Assembly: GCA_964016885.1 (NCBI GenBank) | Contig: OZ024757.1 | Location: 1,612,001-1,676,000 of the forward strand | Direction: 5' to 3' | Length of the DNA: 64,000 nt | From: Eledone cirrhosa | Taxonomy: Eukaryota | In this document: positions 25,970 through 37,899 of the stretch, piece by piece | Position numbering within the stretch: the stretch's first letter is position 1 | Layout: each line of letters begins with the position of its first letter | The notes under the pieces: generated by a model | The model's input: only the letters and a program-made list of their open reading frames with translations | Database searches by the model: none | Told to the model about the DNA's origin: nothing | Position numbers and translations under genes: made by a program

Positions 25970-28900
25970 ATGGCTGATATAAGAGTTGGGTGTCTGAATG
26001 TACGTGGCCTGGGACTGTCTTGGAAACAAGGCAAACTTTTAAACGATCTCAGGTCGCATAGAATGGATGTAATGGCTATTTGCGAGTCCAGGATCAGCAG
26101 CGAGCACCAACTGGCGCCCCTCTTCGACGACTTTGAGATCTTCGCATCTCTCTGTCAACCGGGGGGTGGGGGTGGAGTTGTCGTTCTGCTGCGAAAACAC
26201 CTGGGCCTCGCCATACAGAAGGTGCACCTGGACCCGGAGGGTCGACTGGTGGTTTTAGACGTCGGCAGTAGTGAAAGTGGAGCACTTAGACTAATAGCTG
26301 TGTACGCCCCTTTTTGGGCAGCGCGGCCGGAATACTTCCAACGTCTGGAAACTTTTCTGGGAACGTCCCGCTCCTTGCTTTTAGTGGGGGACTGGAATGG
26401 TATCCTGGATGCACGTTGGGACTATGTAGGGGCATGTGCCAATAGAGGGGGGTGTAAAAGCCTCAAAAGGTTAATCGGCCGATTTGACCTGGCCGATAGA
26501 TATCGACTAGATTTTCCGACTGTACCACTATGGACGTGGACTAATCGCAGTGGAACATCTAGGTCGTACCTAGATAGGGTCCTAGTTAGAGAGAACGATA
26601 GGGACACATTTAGCTGTCCAAAAATGTTCATGGTTGACTATTCGGATCACAAGTTAGTGACCTGCATAGCCAACCTTGATAGAACCCATAGACAGGGACC
26701 CGGTTACTGGAAGCTGAACTTGTCCTTACCGAGAAGCAAAGCTTACAGTAAACGGATTAGCACGTTAGTCAAGCAGAGTTTGACAGGGGCAATTGTCAAC
26801 AACAGGTGGTGGAGCTCTCTTAAGAGAGCAATTAGAATAGAATCGATAGGTTTTAGTCAGGAATTAGCAAGGGATAGGAACAAGACGGAAAGGGAATTAG
26901 TAGATAGAGTAGAAGAGGCGATTAGGAGTGGCAATGTAGCCGGCGTGCTGGCATCAAGAATGGCCTTAGACCAGTTCTTTGAGGTGAAGCATGAAGGCTG
27001 CGTTGTCAGGAGTAAAATACGTGCTCTGGGTAATGAGGGAGCCAAAGCTGTAAGCTGGGCCCCGAGTGACAGAGGCAAAAAGTGGGAACAAGTCCACGAT
27101 TCGGTCTTTGAAGGACCAGGATGGGCGTGTGATCCTTGAACCTGGGCAGATGTGTGCGGCCTTTCAGCGGCACTTTGCACGACTGTTCGAGAGGGGCGGC
27201 GCGCCGGGTGAGACTATGGATTTCAATCCATACCTCGACGGTCTGCCGCGCCTCTCGGACGCGGAGGCGAAGTCCTGCGAAAGGACGATTTCAGCTGCTG
27301 AGATAGGGGCGGCGCTGAGCCAATGCGGCAAACGCAAATCCCCGGGTCTCGATGGTCTACCATACGAGCTATATGTAGCGATGCCGGACTTGTTCTCCGA
27401 TATCCTCGAAGCGGTCTACTGCAACTGGCAGCAGAACGGGAGAATTCCCAGTTCTGTGACCAAGGGCGTAGTTACGCTGGTGAGGAAGGATGAGAACAAG
27501 GGGGATGACATAAGTAACTTCAGGCCCATAACTCTGCTAAATACAGAGTTAAAGATTTTGGCCAAGGTGTTAGCGAAGAGGTTGGCGCTTGTTGTTGGAA
27601 ACCTGGTGGGAGAAGCGCAGACATGCGCAATCCCGTCCAGGTCCATTCACGACAATCTCCACCTTATGCGATACATCATAGAGAGGGTAGGGAATGAACC
27701 CGGCTTTGGTGGGGCCCTGATCAACTTGGATCAATCTAAAGCTTTCGATAGGGTTGACCATCGTTACCTGGATGCGGTGCTCGCGGCGGCAGGCTTCGGA
27801 CCCGTTTTCAGGGGTTGGATTGCTGCGATGCACAGCAGCAACGTCTGCTCAAGGGTCAAGGTGAACGGCCACCTCTCGGAGCCGTTCCAAATCATGCGAT
27901 CCATCCGACAGGGATGCCCTCTCTCCTCCCTACTGTATGTGCTGGCTCTTGAGCCACTACTGCGGAAGTTGGAGCGGTTGCAGGGCATCCCTTTGGAACC
28001 GGGATTGCAGAAAGCGGCGTCGGCCTACGCCGATGACGTGACAGTAATGGTGTCGAAAACCTCGCAAATCGGTGAGATCGGCACCTTACTGGAGGAATAT
28101 GAAAGGTTTACGGGAGCCAAGCTGAACCGGGACAAGTCCGTCGGTTTGCAACTCGGAACATGGAGAGGCAAACCGATGCCCTCCAACGACGTCGTCGGAC
28201 GCTGGACGGAGGGCCCGGTGAAGCTGCTTGGGGTCTGGTTCGGACCAGACCTCCAGGTGGAGAAAAACTGGAACGAGGTAACGGCCAGGGTGTTTGCACT
28301 CACCCAGAAGTGGGCCCAGTGCAAACTATCCCTGAAAGGTCGAGCGGAGGTGGCGAATACTTATATAGCATCCGTCATCTACTACCGCTTGACCGTCGTG
28401 CCTTGCCCAGTGAAAAGACTCGCCAAAATGGAGTGCGCGCTGTTCCAATTTCTTTGGAACAAGCGGACCCCTTTGGTGAGGAGATCCATCTGCTGTCAAC
28501 ACCCTTCGAAAGGAGGGCTGGGGATGCCGTGGCTACAGATGCGTAAACACGCATTAAGGCTACGGCACCTCCAGGTATTCCTCACCAGTCAACCGGTGTG
28601 GGCCCCGTTTGTGAGGCGAGCCTTTCCCAGACTCGTCTCGCTCACCGAGCTGCAATCCTGGGTCAAGCAAAGACCGAGAAAAGTGGGCGACTGGCACATT
28701 GAATGTGCCCAGGCGCTCACGGCCCTCTGGAAAGCGGACCCGGCAATCAGTGGAGACTCCACCTCGACATTCTATAGAGGGTTGGTACGCAGCAGGTGCG
28801 ACGATGCTCTCGGAGAAGCTCTAGGCATGGAGGAAGATGAACTGGCCAGTCTGTTCGGTAGGACGTTTGGCCCTGGACCGATGGACAACTTCCAAAAGTC

Positions 28901-29408
28901 CCTGGCTTGGCAGTGCTACCGAGGGGCTCTACCCGTTCGAGACAAGCTCCACAGGCATGGGAGCCTGGGTAGAGATCCTTTGAATAAGATCTGTCCGAGA
29001 TGCGTGCATGATGACGAAACCGTTGCGCACGCATTCGTACACTGCCCAGGCATTGCTGACCTGTGGGGCTATGTGGAACGACTACTGTCGAGGGTGGGAC
29101 CAATCCGGTTGACTACCGAGTCCATTGTCACGATCAAACAGCCTCCCCCTTTCAAAAACGAAGGAGAGGCGGTTTTTCTCTGTGTGGTAGCCATGGCTAA
29201 AGAAGTTGTATGGTGGACGAGGCTGAAAGGGCTGAGGTCAGACACCTTTCTCTCCGGCCAACAACTGGTCCCCTTTTTCAAATACCATTTTAAAAGAAGG
29301 ATCAGAATGGAGAGAGAGGTGCTCTACCCCAGCAAGTTTTATGAAAGGTGGGTGAAAGTAGGGAGAATGGCCAGAGTGAATGGGTCTTCTCTCTATATCA
29401 GCCTGTAG
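25970..29408 (+). pseudogene. Tx1 ORF2 (APE-RT-Zn), ~1145 aa if a single +1 frameshift at ~27060 is corrected
   Basis: ORFs 25970-27139 and 27066-29408; there is an extra C in gggccccgag relative to copy 1. Confidence 0.9.
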
Positions 29409-29645
29409 GTGAAAGAAGAGGAAAAAGAGGAGACGAGGGAAGCACCTACTCTTTGTGCTCCTGAGGAGAAGGGTTACACATTTTTTCCGGGGTGTGTGCG
29501 ACCCATGTTAATGCCCCCTCCCTATTGAGGACTTCGTTTGTTGTTGTTATTTCATTGTTGTATTTTTGTACTCGTTAATTATATGTAAACTTCCCCCCTT
29601 GTATCTGTCCCTACCTTTTGTGCCCTAGTGGCAAATAAAGAAACC

Positions 29646-30495
29646 ACTCTATATATACTATTGTATTTTCACAGTAAAGGCTTTACCTCACATATCTCAC
29701 ATAACATTTACATTACTCTATATATACTATTGTATTTTCACAGTAAAGGCTTTACCTCACATAATATCTCACATAACATTTACATTACTCTATATATACT
29801 ATTGTATTTTCACAGTAAAGGCTTACCTCACATAATATCTCACATAACATTTACATTACTCTATATATACTATTGTATTTTCACAGTAAAGGCTTTACCT
29901 CACATAATATCTCACATAACATTTACATTACTCTATATATACTATTGTATTTTCACAGTAAAGGCTTTACCTCACATAATATCTCACATAACATTTATAT
30001 TACTCTATATATACTATTGTATTTTCACAGTAAAGGCTTACCTCACATAATATCTCACATAACATTTACATTACTCTATATATACTATTGTATTTTCACA
30101 GTAAAGGCTTTACCTCACATAATATCTCACATAACATTTACATTACTCTATATATACTATTGTATTTTCACAGTAAAGGCTTTACCTCACATAATATCTC
30201 ACATAACATTTACATTACGCTATATATACTATTGTATTTTCACAGTAAAGGCTTTACCTCACATATTATCTCATAACATTTACATTACTCTATATATACT
30301 ATTGTATTTTCACAGTAAAGGCTTTACCTCACATAATATCTCACATAACATTTACATTACGCTATATATACTATTGTATTTTCACAGTAAAGGCTTTACC
30401 TCACATATTATCTCATAACATTTACATTACTCTATATATACTATTGTATTTTCACAGTAAACATTTTATTTCACATAATTATCTCACATAATATC
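29646..30495 (+). repeat. 72-bp satellite array (3' flank of Tx1 copy 2)
   Basis: Same unit. Confidence 0.95.
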
Positions 30496-30734
30496 AAATC
30501 TATGAGATTTTGATATAATTTATTTTGAGAAGAATATCTTAACATAAGTATGAACAGCCAGTTACAGCTTGTTTGAACAGAAAGAGGTGAGAGAGTCCTG
30601 GCTGGATATGGTCGGTTTTAATACTAATGGGTTAATGGTTTGCTCAAAACACCGTATTTCCTTGAAGATGCTACTTTTTTCCTAAAATAAGTCACAAAAT
30701 GTAGCATGTGTCCTGGAGGCTGCAGGTTGTTTCA

Positions 30735-30892
30735 GTATCGGTAGAGGGTCGGACATGCTTTCCAGCATAATTACGTCCCTTTACGATCTGAGTTCAAATC
30801 CTGCCGAGGTTAACTTTGCCTTTCATCCTTACGGGGTCGATAAAATAAAGTACCAGTAATGTACTGGGTAATTGCTGGCCTTGTGCCTAAAA
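30735..30892 (+). mobile_element. SINE, Deu/Nin-like family
   Basis: Same core as 14889-15047. Confidence 0.7.
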
Positions 30893-30963
30893 TAGCTTCC
30901 AACAGAAATGGTCGCAATCTTTAAGGGTATGTCAATATTTATTTATAAAACTGATCTATATTA

Positions 30964-31028
30964 TATTTTATCTGATGAAAGTGCACCATAATTTGACTTG
31001 GTGTCCTTGAAATATGTATAATGAAATA
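30964..31028 (+). ncRNA. Minimal type I hammerhead ribozyme within an element fragment (30925-31162)
   Basis: tattttat-CTGATGA-aagtgcacca(loop)tggtgtcctt-GAAA-tatgta-TA-atgaaata. Confidence 0.8.
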
Positions 31029-31489
31029 AATATGGTTTTATAAATATAGTTTCCATTTGTTAATATATCATATCTTTACTCCAATAATTTGTTGAGTGCT
31101 TTATATCAGTTATAAAAAAATATTTGCTTGTTGTATCCCAACAATTTAAATATAACTTCTACATATATATATATATATATACTAGCAATTTAGCCCGGCG
31201 TTGCTCGGGTTTGTTAATTTGCTATGAAAAGTTACATACAGGTAAACGTGGCTTGAAAGCGAATAAGCTTATCAATTAAGTGCATAAAGCAGTTGAACCG
31301 GTCATTAAAAGTTACGAACCAATTAGCATTTTGGTCAATCAATGATGGGTTAATAATCTTCCAATAGCGAATTTAGTAGATCAAAGTTGCAAGATGGTGG
31401 CCCTGATGCCGCTGGGTGTCAGATCTGTCCGCCATGGGTGACCCTACCAGTTTTCCAGATGGCATAGCTCCAACACCTGCACCAACATC

Positions 31490-34400
31490 TATAGCACCTC
31501 TGTAGACGATATTGCGTGTCATCCCTTGAGGAGTGTAAGCAAAAGGTCCATTCCTGCTCCCTACGCGGGAACAGGCAACATAAAGTTGGCCATGGGAGAA
31601 GCCTGGCTCCTCCAAATGGATGTCCGCCACCGACAATGTTTGCCCTTGTGACTTGTTAATGGACATGGCAAAACATGGTCTCGCCAGAAATCGAACGGGA
31701 TATCTGACGCCGAGGGGAAAAGTTTCATCCTTGGAATGAAAACATTCTCCCCACCCCGTTACAATGGTGGCCTCAATCAAGTGGGTGTCAGTGACTTGAC
31801 AACCATGCGAGTACCGTTGCATTGCTTTGGTGGACGCAAGTTCCTTATTAGCATAATGGGACAGCCAACCCTAAGCTTAATAATGTGAGGTGGGAGACCT
31901 GGGGGCTCAAGGGAATTTAATAACTCAACCGGATAATTAACGATATCGTCGGGGTCTGACATCCGGTCGATAGATTTGAAAATGGCTCTTCACCGGGAAT
32001 CTTCTCAATCAGCTGCTTGTTAATAAAATTAACCATGGTATTTTTCGGAGCAAGGGTGGCTCTTTCGCTGAGCCAATCGAGGTTTTTAAAGTTAGGTGAG
32101 ACATTAGGAAAAACTGCTTCCCAAAGGTCAGAAGGGCTGCTCACAATGTTGCACAGGGAGTCGATTGCTATGCCGCCCTTGTCATCTGCAGGGACCTTGC
32201 CCTCACCAAGTGCTAAAAGCTAAAATATTCTGAGCAAATGCTGCAGACATGTCACCATGCAAATGAGCACGCATATTTGTGCTCAGGTACAAACTCTTCA
32301 CCTGGAGCCACAACATGGACGACTTAAGGCAGGCACGCACTTCACCAGCTCTTGTCCCTTTGGGGATGACAGGCAGCGTTTGCCGAAAATCCCCTGATAG
32401 CAGAAGGGTTACGCCACCCATAGGAGCCGTAGAATCCCTAATGTCTTTCAGGGTTCTGTTCCAATGCCTCAAGGGCACCCTTGTGTGCCATTGTGCACTC
32501 ATCCCAAACAATGAGGCAACATTTTTTGAGAACCAGAGCTTCGTGTAAACTCTTGCAGATATTGCATGTTGGTGTCTCAGTTTTTACTAAATCCAAGGGG
32601 AGTTTAAAGGTTGAATGTGCTGTCCTGCCTCCCGGCAGCAAAATAGCAGTGATCCCGGACGATGCAACAGCCAACGCAATTTTTTTTCTCCTGACGAATC
32701 TTAATGAGAATCAATTTCGTTACAAAAGTTTTTCCGGTACCCCCAGCAGCGTTTTTTATTGGGGGGTGGGGTATTTGGGTTTTTTTTATTGGGGGGATTC
32801 GTTTTTTATTTGGGGAGGGGGTATTTGAGGGGTGTCCGTTTTTTATGGGGGTGGGGGCGTTTTTTATTGGTGGGAGTCCGTTTTTTATTTGGGGGGTCCG
32901 GTTTTTATTGGGATGGCGTCCGTTTTTTATTGGGGGGGGTCCGTTTTTTATTGAGGGGGGGTCGTTTTTTATTTGGAAACCGTTTTTTATTGGGGGGGTG
33001 TCCGTTTTTATGGGGATGGGGGCGTTTTTATTGGTGGGGTCCGTTTTTTATTTGGAGGGATCTGTTTTTTATTGAGATGGGCTCGGTTTTTATTGGGGGG
33101 ATCCATTTTTTATTTGGGGAGAGAAGGGTCTGGTTTTTATGAGTGGATGATCCGTTATTTAGGGGGATCTGGTTTTTATTTGGGGGGTGGAGGGTTCATT
33201 TTTATGGGGGGGTCCGTTTTTTATTGGGGCTGGGGGATCACCCAATTCACACTTTTGAAGCAAAATGGCAAAGAGTTCCCATAGACCTTTAGGTGATTTC
33301 AACAAAGCACCCTCTGCTAAAGTGGAATCCCATTGCGAATCATCTTTCAAAAGACCACGCTTAAAGCAGGCTTCCTGGTACATATCACATATTTTTCCAT
33401 CAACAGTTTTGAGATCCTGAAAACTTTGTGGGCCTACAACTTCATGCAGAAGAAGGCGGAGATGAAAGCACTCATGTTGACTTGGGGGCACAGTGTAAAC
33501 CCTTCCAAGACAGCTGTCAAATTTTAGACCAGGATGTCTTTCAACAGCCTGACCTGACTTCTTCGCACCCAAGTGTTTTTCGACCATATAAAGTAGGATG
33601 GAACCTGGGGGTACACAATTGTTTGAGCAAATGTATCGAACTGGCAAAGTTTGAAGAAACCCGTCAGAGTGGTCTCTTTCGGATCGGCGGCCAACTTGGC
33701 GGCGGTTTGGTCCGTAAAGTAAACCCTTTGCCCATTTTCCAAATGTACCGCAAGCTGTACGGTGGCGTGGTGCCATTGGTGTAGGGGTAAACCAAATAGG
33801 CGTCAAAAAGCTTCATTGCTACTGATGTACCGCCCCGCCAGGTATTCTGTGACCTCGTCCCTGCTATTTTCAGCTTGAAATGGGAACATTGCGACATCAG
33901 AGACCTTATTTACATATTTCCATATGTATTTTATCGACTTGACAGAGTTGCAAAACTTAACGTTGATGTGGGCGTTGAACATCTTCAAGAGAAGCGAGCA
34001 GTAAGGGACCACCCATCTTTTGTCGACTTGACCTCCCTTTACTGTTGTGGTGAAGTCACCGTTCTCGGGCGGTCTCTTCCTGTACAGGGGCTACCCGTCA
34101 CCACCAGTCTGAGTCTCGTCAACAAATTTTTGGGGGGTATCCCTTACTGCATGACCCCCCTTTCAGACACGTGTGATCCTCATTAGGACCCGACGCACAC
34201 GGACCATGTTAGCTTTGACGATGTCATGTAATTCCTGGTCAGTTGCTGGGTTAGGGATTTCAGCCCAAATGAAGCTGTCTATGGCATTTGAATTGATTTT
34301 ATCAGCTAACCAAATCAAAATGTGAGCATGTGGCAGCCCTCGTTTTTGCCATTCAACGGTGAACATGTCACATTTTACACCCCCAAATACCTGACACTTT

Positions 34401-34510
34401 TTGATTAAAACCATGAGTTTAGCCAGTTTCAGTCTGAACACTCTGGCAATGAGGTCATGTCTGTTCGAATAATTTTGCCCAGGAAAAAGTTCACAGGTTA
34501 CATTCCGATT
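31490..34510 (-). pseudogene. Helitron RepHel (HUH Rep + SF1 PIF1-like helicase), fragmented
   Basis: EWQKRGLPHAHILIW, KYIWKYVNK, GGTGKTFV, IVWDECTM, GDFRQTLPV, FAMSINKSQGQTL and HGQLYVACSRV. Confidence 0.9.
32750..33237 (+). repeat. Degenerate ~18-20-bp G/T-run minisatellite inside the Helitron
   Basis: Units like ccgttttttattgggggggt. Confidence 0.85.
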
Positions 34511-34927
34511 CATATGTCTATAGCACTAACCTGTTATATGAAGTGTTATTTTGTGGGTTGTTTGCAATAAGCCGATTGAAAATGCCCCAGATAATAATTA
34601 TCTCAATACGGAAAGCTCCACTGGAGTGTTGTCATATAGGGAGTGAAGAGCGACAGAGAGAGTCAATCAGTTAAATTATAGAGAGGGGAATGATCATGAT
34701 CGATTTTTGCCCTTATTGTTGATGGATTTTTTTTTTGCTTCATGACCTTTTCCTGACCAAAAGCAATAATTGACCCGACTTTGAATAGAATCCGTTGGAA
34801 ATTGCGGACGTGAATCCGTTACAAACCTTAACACACACATCCTCAGATTTATATATATAGATATATATATATATACCATGACTGAATCTTAACCATCTAC
34901 TATGTCAGGGTATCTCATGCATCATCT

Positions 34928-34994
34928 TGTTTTATCTGATGAGGACGTACTGTTGAAGATAGCTCAGTACCTCTGAAATATGTATAATAAAATA
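34928..34994 (+). ncRNA. Minimal type I hammerhead ribozyme
   Basis: tgttttat-CTGATGA-ggacgtactg(loop)cagtacctct-GAAA-tatgta-TA-ataaaata. Confidence 0.8.
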
Positions 34995-35024
34995 TACTTG
35001 ATCACACGAATGTCTATTTTTGTT

Positions 35025-35367
35025 AAAGTGGTTAGAGCATTGGGCTTGCAATCGAAATATATATATATATATAAAGGTTGTGAGTTCAATTCTTGGACCG
35101 GATAATGTGTTGTTTCCTTGAGCAAGACATTTTATTTCACATTGCTTCAGTTTACTCAGCTGTAGAAATGAGATGATAAGGACTGGGGTCCCTATCATTC
35201 CACTGCAAAGTGGTCCTGGAGGTGCCACGGCAAAAAAGCACCCAGCACTCACTGTAAATGAGGTTGGTGTTAGGAAGGGCATCCAGCTGTAGAAATCAAG
35301 CTAGAATCAGTTCCCGTCCCACCCTTGCAAGCAGGGATAAGCGGACGAAAAATAATGATGATGATGA
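35025..35367 (+). mobile_element. tRNA-head SINE with CORE-like motif and bipartite RTE-derived tail
   Basis: agtggttagagc/gagttcaatt boxes, ttccttgagcaagaca, gttggtgttaggaagggcatcc, and a 3' end matching the RTE at 56710-56770. Confidence 0.75.
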
Positions 35368-35391
35368 TATATATATATATATATATATATA

Positions 35392-36991
35392 TATCATCAT
35401 CATCATTTAACGTCCATATTCCATGCTTGCATGGGTTTAGACGGGAGTTTTCCCACTTGAGGCAAGAGTGGTTGTCTTGCTCGCATAGGACTGTCTGGCG
35501 GGTTTTCTACGGCTGGATGCCCTTCCTAACACCAACCACATTTACAGTGTGGTACTGGGAGGTTTTTACCGTGTTACCTACACGGCCACATTACAGTGTG
35601 GACTGTGTGTTTTTTTGTCGTGACACCTACACGACCTCATTTGTTTCGGCCTGGATGTTGTGGTACCAACATAATTTTACATTGAAAGGGGTGGTGTGGA
35701 TGGGGTGGGGGTAGTGGGACGGGCGTGTATTTTGTTAGAGGTGCCTACTGACTGTAGTAGGTTTTACTTTGTATTTAGGTAAGGCGGGTCTTCTCTATTA
35801 CTGTGTAGCGCCAAAGATCTCGGTCCAGTGACATTGTCTTGGAAAGGTGTAAGTGTGTGAGGTCAGAATTTATCAAGTCGTCCCAGGTTTTTCTGGGTCT
35901 GCCTACTCCGTGGCTACTGTCTATTTTTATCGCCCTGCATTTTTTTATACAGCTGTCGTCTTTCATGCGCATCACGTGACCATACCAACGTAGTCTTCTC
36001 TCGAGTAAACAACATCTGATCCCTCTTATTTCTAATTTTTCCCTTAGTTCGTTTATGCTTTGCTGTTCACGGATATTACTATTACACATCCAGCGGAGCA
36101 TGCAAGCTTCGTTCCTCTCTAGTCTGTTTATATCCTCTGCACACAAGGCCCAGGTCTCACTTCCATGCAACATTGCTGTTCGTATGCAGGCATCATACAG
36201 CCTGCCTTTCATCTTTAGGGAGAACCCTTTAGCGGCTAATAGTGGTATAAGCTCTCTGAACTTTTTCCATCCCATTCTGACTCTAGCTAGTGTACTTTCA
36301 GAGCACCCTCCCCCACTGCTGATTTTGTCACCCAAGTAACGGAAGGTGTCCACTATTTCTATAGAACCATCTGTGCAATGGAATGAGCTAGTATTCTGTG
36401 GGCACTTGCTGCTACTTATTGCACCAGAGCACCGGCCACATATAAAATCTATGTTCTTAGTTAGCTTACCTGTGATCCCACTACATCTTTTATGCACCCA
36501 TACTTTGCATTTGGGACATAAAATGGAGTTTCTACCTACTCCTTTCCTACACACTTAGCATGGCCATTTCCCGGATGGGACCGGCGCCCTATTTTCCTTC
36601 CTACAAACTAGAACTTTAGTCTGAGACAGGTTAATTTTAAGGCCTTTTGATTCTAGGCCATGCTTCCATGTTTGGAATTTCTTCTCTAGTTCGGCCATTG
36701 ATTCAGCTATGAGCGTTATATCATCTGCGTATAGGAGTTCCCATGGGCAGCTGGTCTTGAACTCCACTGTTATAGCCTGAAGGGCAATAATAAATAGTAG
36801 GGGGCTAAGAACACCCACTTTTACGCTAAACTCTTCACTATATTCGTTGTTAATTCTAACCTTGCTGACTGTTTCTTTATACATGGCTTGTATAGCTCTC
36901 ACAAGCCATTCATCAACACCTAGTTTTCTAAGAGCCCACCAGATAATGGAGCGGGGGCCTCTGTCAAAGGCTTTCTCCAAGTCGACAAAAG

Positions 36992-36992
<1 letters not shown>
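35392..36992 (-). mobile_element. 5'-truncated RTE LINE with PHD-like insert and 3' UTR
   Basis: AFVDLEKAFDR, YADD, an in-frame stop at 36555, [12 protein letters not shown] and a (GAT)n tail. Confidence 0.9.
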
Positions 36993-37023
<31 letters not shown>

Positions 37024-37128
37024 GTCAATACTCATCTTTTTCCATTTATGAGGGTTCTTAACCCCACTATCAGGCTAAATAATTTCTTTAATTTCTTTAG
37101 TCAAAGTACGGCGATAGCTTACATTTCT

Positions 37129-37194
<66 letters not shown>

Positions 37195-37699
37195 TGTTGT
37201 CTATCAATTCAGCAGTCAGTTCTGTTGCACTAAAGTGGGAGCTGTGATTACAGAAATGTAAGGGCATGTGTATAATATATTGTAAAGGGAACACACTGGC
37301 TTGTAGACCCCAAAGATAAAAGGAAAACAAGGAATTTGAGGAAGATAAAAGGGAAGTATGTCTGTGCAGGGAATTATATAATATCTTAGGGCTGGTGTGG
37401 GTTTGGGGGTGGGCGTTAGAGAGGGGTGATGGGGGTGAGTGAGGAGGTGAGGGAAGGGGTGAGAGAGTGAAGTGAAGATGCACACAGTATATAGAAAAGA
37501 TGCAGGAGCCATTATAAAGACACCCCACCCACCCCTGTGCCACCCCACCATGCAAACACCCACCCACCCACGATGCCCCCCTCCCTCCAACACTGCACCC
37601 CCACCCTCACCCCGAGAGAGGTGCAAAGTTTCAAATCTCTTTGAAGCTAAAAGTAAATACTTTACTGTAAACACTTGAAATAGAAACCAATAATATGAT

Positions 37700-37840
37700 G
37701 AAGGCGGCTAATTAGCCGAGTCGGTAGAGCGTCAGAATTATGGTAGTTATTCCAGCTCTCTGATATCTGAGTTCAAATCTTTACCTTTCAGCCATTCGAG
37801 GTCGATAAAAAACAATACCAGTCAAATACTGGAGTTGATT
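37700..37840 (+). mobile_element. Degenerate SINE (Deu/Nin-like family)
   Basis: gagttcaaat; cctttcagccattcgaggtcgataaaa...taccag. Confidence 0.6.
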
Positions 37841-37899
37841 CTTCCTCTATATCTATTTCTCATTTCCTCTCTCTCACAGAAATCTGCTGTGTTAAGGTC

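Larger units (their letters stand above)
23993..29645 (+). mobile_element. Full-length L1/Tx1-clade non-LTR retrotransposon, copy 2 (5653 bp)
   Basis: ORF1 plus ORF2, with junction positions identical to copy 1. Confidence 0.92.
23177..30631 (+). mobile_element. Second TTAA MITE containing the 72-bp satellite and a Tx1 LINE
   Basis: TTAA at 23173-23176 and 30632-30635. TIRs ccctttaatattta / ttaatactaatggg. The unique end is ~80% identical to 7563-7690. Confidence 0.8.
31182..34861 (-). mobile_element. Helitron with both ends and a decayed Rep/PIF1 helicase gene
   Basis: 5' TC at 34861-34860, 3' hairpin cccgagcaacgccggg plus CTAG at 31185-31182, AT target site. Confidence 0.9.

Noticed and set aside
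7563-30631. One giant inverted segmental duplication or composite transposon with 7-kb arms
   Set aside because: Each arm has its own TTAA pair, the MITE ends are ~20% diverged while the LINEs differ by ~1%, array lengths differ, and the outside flanks are unrelated.
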